The position numbers were made by a program, and so were the translations under genes. From Methanocaldococcus indicus (lineage in GTDB: Archaea; AGJL01; Methanococci; Methanococcales; Methanocaldococcaceae): a stretch of DNA of 64,000 nucleotides. This document shows, piece by piece, positions 56,097-64,000 of the stretch; within the stretch, counting starts at the first letter, position 1; each line of letters starts with the position of its first letter. Under the pieces are notes generated by a model. It made no database searches and was not told the origin of the DNA. It worked only from the letters and a program-made list of their open reading frames with translations. Where the stretch lies: assembly GCF_049554935.1 (NCBI RefSeq), contig NZ_CP186926.1, positions 192,001 through 256,000 on the forward strand. Direction: 5' to 3'.

Positions 56097-57625
56097 TTAA
56101 ATCCCCTAAGTTTGTTTATTGTATCATAAATTTCTTTTATATCTACAACTTTCAACCCTAAAATTCCAATTATATAGACTCCAAAATAAACAACTCCACC
56201 AACAATTAACTGTAAAATAACATTATTTATAGTTTTTGTTATCAACACCAAAGGAATTAAACTAAAAATTCCTACTAAAACAGCTAAAACCCATTTTTTA
56301 ATCAAAAATGAATAGTTCAAGAATTTACTTAAATACCATGTTTGCAAAATCCACATTAAAAAGTAACTTGTGACTGTAGTTAAAGAAGCTCCAACAATTC
56401 CTAATTTAGGAATCAATAAAATATTAAAAATCAAATTAAAAATAGCTCCAAAATATATAATCTTAGTTGATAATTGTGGTTTTCCTATGCCATTTAAAAC
56501 CGTAAATCCAATTCTATTTAGTGTCATAAAAATCGTCCCTAAACTCAAAATTCTTATAGCTGGAACAGCAGATAAATATTGGGGATTAAAGAATAAATTT
56601 ATTATTACTGAGGGAAAGTAAGCCATCAATATAGCCATAGGTAAAACTAAAACAAAAGAATATAAACAAATTCTCTCAACTCCATAACCTAATGCTTCTT
56701 TATAACCCTTTTCCCATAACTCAGAACTCATTGGGAATAAAACTGCTCCAACAGCTGAGGCAAAATAACCCAATATAGAGACAGTTGGCATAGCAACATT
56801 CCTATAATCAGCAACTGCATTTAAACCTGTGAAGTAAGTTAAGCAAATTCCATCAACATATCCTAAAACTAAACTTCCAGCACTACCTAACATAACAGGT
56901 AGTCCATAAGAAAATAAATCTTTAATTAATTTTTTTGAAAATAAAAATCTCTCTTTAAAGAAATCTGGAAATATCTTTCTAATAAATATATATCCATAAA
57001 TAAGAATCATTAAAATTGGAGCTAAGGTGTAGGCATAAGTTGGAACTAAAGCATTATGCAGTCCAAATATATAAATAAATATTACTGATAAAATCAATAT
57101 TAAGGAAATCCTAACAAAATTTATAGTTCCAAAATACTTCTGATTTTGAAAGCCCAATATGCTGTTTGATATAACATCCATAATGCTCTGAAACCAATAT
57201 CCAATACTCAAAATAATTAAAACATCAATAACTAAATCTAAATGCCCTGTAAATTGCCCTTGATTATTTATATAAAACTCTGCAATAAATGGAGCCAACA
57301 AAATTATTAAAATTGTTATAATTAAAGAAACAGAACTTTGCAAAACTCCAACACTAATTATGGCTGATTTAACTAAATCTTTCCTTTTCTCATGTAGAAA
57401 TTTTGGAATAAACCTAACTAATGCAGCACTTAAACCCAAATCCTTAAAAATAGCAACCATACAACAAAAGTCCAAAACAGCATAAAATAAACCTACATCT
57501 AACTTAGGAATTTCATTTGCATATAAAACTCTAACTAAATATCCAATTGGTGCAGCTAAAATTAATAGCAAAAAATTCCAGCTAATACCTTTTATAGCTC
57601 TCTCTTTATAACTCAACTTATTCAC
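56093..57625 (-). CDS. Oligosaccharide flippase (Wzx/MOP family)
   Basis: Many TMs; DLGLSAALVRF, LNGIGKP, LLIPKLGIVGAS. Confidence 0.9.
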   Translation of the reverse strand: MNKLSYKERAIKGISWNFLLLILAAPIGYLVRVLYANEIPKLDVGLFYAVLDFCCMVAIFKDLGLSAALVRFIPKFLHEKRKDLVKSAIISVGVLQSSVSLIITILIILLAPFIAEFYINNQGQFTGHLDLVIDVLIILSIGYWFQSIMDVISNSILGFQNQKYFGTINFVRISLILILSVIFIYIFGLHNALVPTYAYTLAPILMILIYGYIFIRKIFPDFFKERFLFSKKLIKDLFSYGLPVMLGSAGSLVLGYVDGICLTYFTGLNAVADYRNVAMPTVSILGYFASAVGAVLFPMSSELWEKGYKEALGYGVERICLYSFVLVLPMAILMAYFPSVIINLFFNPQYLSAVPAIRILSLGTIFMTLNRIGFTVLNGIGKPQLSTKIIYFGAIFNLIFNILLIPKLGIVGASLTTVTSYFLMWILQTWYLSKFLNYSFLIKKWVLAVLVGIFSLIPLVLITKTINNVILQLIVGGVVYFGVYIIGILGLKVVDIKEIYDTINKLRGFK

Positions 57626-57724
57626 CTTATTTTTATAAAATCTTTTTTATAGCATCTAAAACTTAAAAAGATGTATCTAAAAATAAAATTTCTTTCAAAA
57701 TGTTTTAAAAAACATAAACTCTAT

Positions 57725-57814
57725 AAGTCAGTTTTAATAACTTTGTGACTTTAAAGAAAACTTTTAGTAAAATTTTCATCAGAACTTGTCTGTTAAGTTT
57801 AGGGCTTTCAACCC
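57725..57814 (-). repeat. Multi-hairpin palindromic element, probably a Methanocaldococcus interspersed repeat (MJRE-like)
   Basis: Hairpins at 57802-57814 (GGGTTGAAAGCCC on minus), 57756-57777 and 57725-57751; only one copy in this window. Confidence 0.55.
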
Positions 57815-58929
57815 ATTTGGTATTCATTCAGTAATCTCTTTATGGCGCTCCAAATTAAAAATGATTGTGGTTTTAATGTTCCCTCAATAGGATTTAAAAA
57901 CAGTATGTTCCTTTTAACTAAAAACTCCTTTGTATCTTCATCTATCAAATATTCATCAATTTCATATTTATCCATAAATAATTTTAATGCATCTATAACA
58001 TTTTCATATTCAATTCCTTCAAATTTTTTATTTTTTACATTAATCAACAATTTTTTTAACTTAGATAATGTATCTTTTAACATAAACTCTAAGATAACAT
58101 CTAACCTTTCATATTTTAGCTTATCAATAACCTTTATTATTAAAATTGGCTTTCCACCTACATAAGAATAAATAAGTTCTTTCTCATCATTAGAAAGTTT
58201 TTTATTTAAAATTTCATCAGATAAAAAATCCATAAATTTTAAAGCAGTTTCTTTATTAAAATCATCAACTAAAATATAATCAATCCTATCATTTAACATA
58301 GCTTCATTATAAACTTTCTCAATAAATAAGCTATCAGAAGATAAGCAAAAAACATGGCATAAATGTAATTCTTTAGTTAAATCAATAAAGTAGTTAAATA
58401 GTTCATAAATCATAAATCCATTTATTTTCATATCACCAATTTTTTGGAGCTCATCAATTATTAAAACTGGTTGCTTTCCATTCTTTTTAATTTCCATTAG
58501 AATATTGGTTATATATCTAAATACATTTTTAACTTCATTGTTTTTTAATATCTCCCTTAATGTGTTTTTAGGTATTGGAATACTATCTAAAACCCCACCA
58601 GATATTTTAGTTATTAAAAAACTCTTAATAACCTCTGGAGAGTCCTTAATTAGAGACAAAAATAATCTTTTAACCTTATCAATAAATGATTCTTCATACT
58701 CTTCAAATAAAACCTCAATAAAGTCCTCATATTTTGATATAAAAATTCCTCTTAAATTTATATAAAAAACAACATACCTATCTTTATCTAACCTATTGTT
58801 AATTATTTCATTTATTAAAGCTGTCTTTCCAGAGTTTATTGGTCCATATATAAAATATATAAAATTTGGCTCACTCTCTATTATGGATACTATCTCTCTT
58901 ATCTCTTCCTCCCTATTAAAAAATTTCAT
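57808..58929 (-). CDS. Archaeal MJ-type ATPase (ATPase_2 family)
   Basis: [37 protein letters not shown]. Confidence 0.92.
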   Translation of the reverse strand: MKFFNREEEIREIVSIIESEPNFIYFIYGPINSGKTALINEIINNRLDKDRYVVFYINLRGIFISKYEDFIEVLFEEYEESFIDKVKRLFLSLIKDSPEVIKSFLITKISGGVLDSIPIPKNTLREILKNNEVKNVFRYITNILMEIKKNGKQPVLIIDELQKIGDMKINGFMIYELFNYFIDLTKELHLCHVFCLSSDSLFIEKVYNEAMLNDRIDYILVDDFNKETALKFMDFLSDEILNKKLSNDEKELIYSYVGGKPILIIKVIDKLKYERLDVILEFMLKDTLSKLKKLLINVKNKKFEGIEYENVIDALKLFMDKYEIDEYLIDEDTKEFLVKRNILFLNPIEGTLKPQSFLIWSAIKRLLNEYQMG

Positions 58930-58940
58930 AATTTCACTAA

Positions 58941-59426
58941 TTATTTAGAGAGTTTAACTATAATTAATCCAATAATTAATAAGGAAAAAATCATTAATTC
59001 AAAATTTATTGGTGTTTTTATAGGTTCATTTATATTTATATCTTTTACTACATAGTAAGGATGATAGCTATCATTACCTATCAAATTCATTCCTTCAACT
59101 CTTAAAGTATTCTTACCATTTTTTAAGTAGTTTGTTATATCAATTGTGACATTTTTTTTATAGTTTCCAGAACCATCATTTGAATCATCAATAACATAAA
59201 TTAAATTTCCATTTAGATAAATATTTACTTTCATATTTTTATTTATATTTCCATAATGAACAAAACTCATCTTATAGGAGTAGATCTCAACTTTGTTAAT
59301 GGTAAATGTAATTGATTTGTTTGGTGATTCTTCATTTACCTTTATATAATTTATGTAATAACTCATACATACATTTAATATTAAGATTAGAATCAGAACT
59401 ATAATATATTTTTTCATTAACAACAC
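58941..59426 (-). CDS. Membrane-anchored beta-rich hypothetical protein
   Basis: N- and C-terminal hydrophobic segments; [14 protein letters not shown]. Confidence 0.75.
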   Translation of the reverse strand: MLLMKKYIIVLILILILNVCMSYYINYIKVNEESPNKSITFTINKVEIYSYKMSFVHYGNINKNMKVNIYLNGNLIYVIDDSNDGSGNYKKNVTIDITNYLKNGKNTLRVEGMNLIGNDSYHPYYVVKDININEPIKTPINFELMIFSLLIIGLIIVKLSK

Positions 59427-59429
59427 TAC

Positions 59430-60461
59430 TTAATTATCTTTCTCTAAATAGATGGAATATGTTGGAAATGCCATTTCTATATTTTCTTTCTCAAATTCTT
59501 CTTTTATTTTTAGGTTTATATCTTCTAATGCATTTAGATAGTAATCAAAACCAATATTCCTAATGAAGTATTCAACTCTCAAATTTAAAGACCAATCTCC
59601 ATATTTAACAAAATGCACTCTATATGGTGGTAAAGTAGCTTCATGCTCTTCAATAATTTTTAAAATTATTTCCTTAGCTTTCCTAATTTTTTCTGGTGGT
59701 GTTGAATATACTAAACCAATAGTCATTAACACTCTTCTTCTATCCCTTACATCAAAGTTCTCAATTTCACTATCTAAGATTTTATAATTTGGCATAATAA
59801 CTAAGGATTTATCAAAAGTCCTAATTTTTGTTGTTCTCATACCAATTTCTTCAACTATTCCCTCAAAATCTCCAACTTTAATCCAATGTCCTATTAAAAA
59901 TGGTTTATCTATTAAAATTAAAACTCCTGCAATGAAGTTTTTTATAACATCTTGCATAGCTAATGCAACAGCTAAACCTCCTATCCCCAATCCGGCTAAA
60001 AGAGCAGTTATATCATAACCAATAGAGCTTAAAGCTGTTAAAATAGAAAATATTATAATTAAAATTTTAGTTAGTTTTTTTAAAGGTTTAACTATGTGGT
60101 CATCTAACTGAATATCTGTCTTTTCAGTATATGGAATTATATAGTAGTCAAAAATCTTATCTGCTAATCTATATATTGCATATCCTGCTAAAAGAATTAC
60201 AAAAGCTTTAAATCCATTTGTTACTAAATCAGTGTAAATATTCAGATAAACTAAAGAAAGATATATGGAAAAAGCAACAATCCCAACAACAATAACATTA
60301 TCAATAGAATCTAAAATTATGTCATCTAATTTAGTTTTTGTTTTTTTAAATAGCTTTCTAATATAGTTTTTTATAATTTTGTTTATTAATAAACTTCCTA
60401 ATATACCCAAAACAACAATTATAATAGATACTATTATTTTATATATGTCAATATCCATCAT
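59430..60461 (-). CDS. Small-conductance mechanosensitive channel (MscS family)
   Basis: GLGIGGLAVALA.QD, GIVEEIGMRTTKIRT, MAFP. Confidence 0.93.
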   Translation of the reverse strand: MMDIDIYKIIVSIIIVVLGILGSLLINKIIKNYIRKLFKKTKTKLDDIILDSIDNVIVVGIVAFSIYLSLVYLNIYTDLVTNGFKAFVILLAGYAIYRLADKIFDYYIIPYTEKTDIQLDDHIVKPLKKLTKILIIIFSILTALSSIGYDITALLAGLGIGGLAVALAMQDVIKNFIAGVLILIDKPFLIGHWIKVGDFEGIVEEIGMRTTKIRTFDKSLVIMPNYKILDSEIENFDVRDRRRVLMTIGLVYSTPPEKIRKAKEIILKIIEEHEATLPPYRVHFVKYGDWSLNLRVEYFIRNIGFDYYLNALEDINLKIKEEFEKENIEMAFPTYSIYLEKDN

Positions 60462-61210
60462 GCTATATCCCCAAACAATATCCTTGTTCCAACATTTTTT
60501 CCACTAAGAGCTTTATAAATATATCTTTTTTTATTTCCATTAAATACTTGTGCATCAACTTTGTAGTTGTAGAGTGTTTTTATTTTATATGCCATTCCAC
60601 CAGTTATATCAATTCCTTCACTACCTTTAAGATGATTTAATATTTCATTATAATTGGATGAATTAATCTCATCAATAACCTCTCCATTAACATATATTCC
60701 ATCTACATCAGTAGCATATAATATTTTAAACTTAAAATCTTTTGCTAATATTGGAGCTATATCATCCCCAGAAATTATTTTATAGTTATCTTCAGAAACA
60801 ATAATATCTCCATGAACAACTGGAATTAATCCTTTTTTTAGCATCAATCTTATTGTATAAGTATCAAAGAATATCTTATTTTCTTTATAATAAGCAAATG
60901 AAGATGGTTGTATTGAAACTGCTGGAATGTCATAACTTTGCAAGATGTCAATAATAATATTGTTAAATCTTCTCATAGCCCTTTGAATCTCCCAAAAACC
61001 TTCATTCATATTTATAAATTTATTATCTTTTAAATATTTTTTTGCAACAGGATGACCAAAAGAGCCACCACCATGAATTATAATTAGATTATCTAAATTG
61101 TTTAAACTTTCTTTTATCTCTAATCCAATTCTTTCCAAATTATCCCATTTTATAGAAAATGGAACTTTCTTATCTGTTAAAATACTCCCTCCAAGCTTTA
61201 AAATTGTCAT
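60458..61210 (-). CDS. ipk: Isopentenyl phosphate kinase
   Basis: LKLGGSILTDK, HGGGSFGH, SGDD, DITGGM..K. Confidence 0.9.
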   Translation of the reverse strand: MTILKLGGSILTDKKVPFSIKWDNLERIGLEIKESLNNLDNLIIIHGGGSFGHPVAKKYLKDNKFINMNEGFWEIQRAMRRFNNIIIDILQSYDIPAVSIQPSSFAYYKENKIFFDTYTIRLMLKKGLIPVVHGDIIVSEDNYKIISGDDIAPILAKDFKFKILYATDVDGIYVNGEVIDEINSSNYNEILNHLKGSEGIDITGGMAYKIKTLYNYKVDAQVFNGNKKRYIYKALSGKNVGTRILFGDIA

Positions 61211-61392
61211 TTTATCCTCCTTTAATAATTAAATTCTAAATATTAATATCAAATTAATTAGATACCACAATTAAATTTTAGCAAACAATATTTTTACGTA
61301 GCATTTTTGAATCTTGCTTCACTCATTATTTTTTATGTTTTTTCAATAACATCTACTTATATCAAATATTTCCATTTTACATTTATAAAATA

Positions 61393-61796
61393 TCATTTTT
61401 CATAAGGTTTAAGTTTAAAAACTATTATATTTCTTAGGTTTCCTTCCATATCGTATTTTTCTTTGAATTCATAACCAATACATCATACAAAACGGCCAAT
61501 ATACTTTACTTTTCCATTTACCATATTTTCAAATAAATGAAGTTCATAACCTTCTTTCAAGTGATTTTTAATTGCCTTATTTCCTCTTTTAAACACCATA
61601 TTACCAATTTGTCCCTCACCACAATAATAAAAAATTCCATCTTTCCATTTATCTTCATAACCATATTTTTTTCCTGCAGTTCCATAAAATAGCATTATTA
61701 TATTATATTTTTTAAATTTACTTATACCACTTCTTCTATTTCCACCATATTTATCATGTAATTCTTTTCTTATGTAAATTTTATTTTTTTAAACAT
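61393..61796 (-). pseudogene. SRA-like modified-DNA-binding domain of a type IV restriction protein, disrupted
   Basis: LHDKYGGNRRSGIS, YEDKW..G..YYCGEGQ.G.M....GNKAI; frameshift in an A7 run at 61784-61790 and in-frame TGA at 61483-61485. Confidence 0.7.
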
Positions 61797-61987
61797 AAAT
61801 ACCACATTTATTAGATTTTAAGATAATATTATACTCATCCTCTAAATAAACCTTTCTTGTTCTAGGTTGTCGAAAAATTATAGGAGGGAAAAAATTTAGT
61901 AATACTGGTAAATTAGAATATATAAGTAAGTATTTAAGCATTTATATCTACTATAACAAATTTTAAAATAATATAAAAAGGGAAAAC

Positions 61988-62649
61988 ATGCAAATTCCTA
62001 TGCTAATATGCCGTTTAAAAACAAATAAACCACTAAAAAAGTCACAAACACCATTATTAAGAGGATATATCTTAAACAAGTTTGGAAAAAAGGATTATGT
62101 TGAACTACATAACCATAGTGGAGAAGGTTTTGTCTATATATATCCAAAAATACAGTATAAAATTATTGGTGGAGATGCTGTTTTAATTGGTATAAAAGAG
62201 GGAATAAATGTTTTAGGAGACATTATTTTAGATATAAAAGAGCTAGATTTAAAAGGAGAAATTTATAAAGTTGTTAATGGATATGTAAGAGTAAAATTAG
62301 AAGAGTTTGGAGTTGCAGATGACATGATTAAATATAAATTTATCTCACCATGGATTGCTTTGAATGAAAAAAATTATTTAAAATTTAAAAATTTAGATAA
62401 AGAAGGAAGAAAAAAATTATTAGAGAGGATTTTAATTGGAAATGTTTTGTCAATGAGAAGTATTTAGATTATACAGTTGATAAAAAGATAGAAGTAGAGA
62501 TTTTAGAATTTAAAGATTTTATAGTTAAATATAAAGGAGTTGAATTTATTGGTTTTAAAGGAGAGTTTTTAATTAATTTTAACATTCCTAACTATTTAGG
62601 AATTGGAAGAAAAGTATCCAAAGGTTTTGGAAGTGTTATAAAAGTTTAA
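61988..62649 (+). pseudogene. cas6: CRISPR endoribonuclease Cas6 (Cas6b-like) with a 1-bp frameshift near 62457
   Basis: LRGY, LHNH, YPKIQYK, SPWIALN; the shifted frame ends in the G-rich loop LGIGRKVSKGFG. Confidence 0.88.
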
Positions 62650-62697
62650 TTGTATATAATACTGCTTTTTAAAATATACAAATTTTTTCATGTCAGT

Positions 62698-62711
62698 AAT
62701 ATTTATATACT
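62698..62711 (+). promoter_or_regulatory. Putative TATA box
   Basis: TTTATATA at 62702-62709, about 55 bp before the ATG at 62766. Confidence 0.45.
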
Positions 62712-62765
62712 ACAAATTATTATAATCTTAATGTGTAGTAAAAATACTACATATTGGTGATACAT

Positions 62766-64000
62766 ATGATAAAGAAGTTATTAATAGCTATGTTGTTGGC
62801 TTTCTTTACAGTAAGTGTAGGGGCCAATACAGTTATATTAGTAAGTGATAATTCAGCAGATTATGCAACAGCCTTACAATTAGCAGAAGCTTTAAATGCA
62901 ACTGTCATAACAACTGAGTGGGGAATATATAATGAAAGTGTTGTATCTGAAATTTTAAATTTAAGTCCTGATAAAGTTATTGTTGTAGGAGGTCCATTAG
63001 CTGTTGTCAATAACTATACAACTGAATTAGAAAACAACAACATTGAGGTTATAAGAGTTGGAGGACAAGATAGATATCAAACTAATGGCTTGGTTTTAGA
63101 GCAATTCAAAAATCAAATAAGAGAAAGATTTAACAATACTGCTTGTGTATGTCATGGCTTTGATGAAGTTGCTTTAAATGAATCAGTTTCCTTTATAAAA
63201 AATGGTAGTTTAGTTGTATTAACAAATGGTATCAACTTATCAGTAAATCCAACTGAGTTAAATATAACAAAAGTTGTAGTTGTAGATAATCCTGTCTGTC
63301 CATTCTGCAACTACACAAAATTAGCTAAAAGATTACAAGAAAGATTTAGAATACAAGTTCAAGTAAAAGAAATAAATCAAAATAGAATAAAGATTATGCT
63401 TCAAAATAGATTAAGAGTATTAGAGAGAAAAATGATAATGTTAAAAAGAAGAGGTATAGATGTTAGTGACTTAGAACAAAAAATTAATGAAGTTAAACAA
63501 TTAATTGAACAAAATAAATTAGAAGAAGCTTATAAAATTATGGTTCAGTTAGAAGAGCAATCTATGGTTAAAGTTAGATTACATCTTCATCCTATGCCAG
63601 GTAGAATGATGAACAATACAAATAGAGGAGGACCACATCATATTATGAATCATACAGTTGCAAGAGGAAAAATGTTTGTAAATTCAAATGGGACAATTGA
63701 TGTAAGAGGTTTAAGAAATGATATAAATACAATGCCTTACCAAACTATAAATGAAGAGGAAAAAGAAGGACTTTTACATATGTATGAAGAGGAAAAATTA
63801 GCAAGAGATGTTTATTTAACATTATACAACAAATGGAAACTGCCAATATTTGAAAATATTGCAAATGCTGAAAAAACACATATGGCAGCAGTTGAAAGCA
63901 TATTAATAAAGTATAATATAAGTTATCCAAAAGATGAAGGAGTAGGTAAATTTAACAACTCTGAACTACAAGAACTATACTACAAATTAGTAAGTGAAGG
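62766..64000 (+). CDS. Secreted cell-wall-binding-2-like protein fused to a DUF2202 ferritin-like domain; truncated by window end (absent from ORF track)
   Basis: Open frame of 411 codons: signal peptide, VGGPLAV, RVGGQDRYQT, CPFC, then MYEEEKLARDVY...FENIANAEKTHM. Confidence 0.85.
   Translation, partial: MIKKLLIAMLLAFFTVSVGANTVILVSDNSADYATALQLAEALNATVITTEWGIYNESVVSEILNLSPDKVIVVGGPLAVVNNYTTELENNNIEVIRVGGQDRYQTNGLVLEQFKNQIRERFNNTACVCHGFDEVALNESVSFIKNGSLVVLTNGINLSVNPTELNITKVVVVDNPVCPFCNYTKLAKRLQERFRIQVQVKEINQNRIKIMLQNRLRVLERKMIMLKRRGIDVSDLEQKINEVKQLIEQNKLEEAYKIMVQLEEQSMVKVRLHLHPMPGRMMNNTNRGGPHHIMNHTVARGKMFVNSNGTIDVRGLRNDINTMPYQTINEEEKEGLLHMYEEEKLARDVYLTLYNKWKLPIFENIANAEKTHMAAVESILIKYNISYPKDEGVGKFNNSELQELYYKLVSE

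Noticed and set aside
57756-57790. Hammerhead ribozyme or C/D box RNA (CUGAUGA on the minus strand)
   Set aside because: No GAAA after the stem that would be helix II, and no convincing C/D box pairing
61483-61485. In-frame UGA next to Cys read as selenocysteine (the genome encodes SepSecS)
   Set aside because: No SECIS-like GC stem downstream, the gene also has a frameshift, and the codon looks like a 3-bp ATG duplication
61789-61941. 50-aa minus-strand ORF upstream of the SRA relic
   Set aside because: Overlaps the likely cas6 promoter, no recognisable motif; chance ORF or remnant
61211-62765. CRISPR array near cas6
   Set aside because: No regularly spaced direct repeats found in the flanking spacers

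Overview
AT-rich archaeal chromosome segment from a hydrogenotrophic Methanococcales methanogen, most like Methanocaldococcus (GGTGA Shine-Dalgarno motifs, gene content and order). Most of the window is core genome: mcrBDCGA-mtrEDCBAFGH, the rpl22...rpl15-secY-adk ribosomal superoperon, cdhA-cdhB-ferredoxin-cdhC, cfbE, SepSecS, fibrillarin and ehaA-O. The right end (51.7-64 kb) is accessory. It holds a broken IS4-superfamily transposase, an intact ~0.7 kb IS6 element, a UDP-xylose/flippase module, a palindromic repeat, a decayed SRA-type restriction gene, a frameshifted orphan cas6, and a secreted CWB2-like/DUF2202 ferritin-like fusion that runs off the window. I found no tRNA, rRNA or CRISPR array. 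Best leads: (i) a secreted, internally repeated Cys/His-rich metallothionein-like protein; (ii) a PUA/PAPS-reductase-like enzyme plus a DPPR methyltransferase appended to the ribosomal operon (candidate RNA-modification pair); (iii) a thioredoxin-CGGC-Zn ribbon-DUF318 operon divergent from mcr; (iv) a GC-rich hairpin inside the r-protein operon. All family assignments come from motif recognition and memory; no searches were run.
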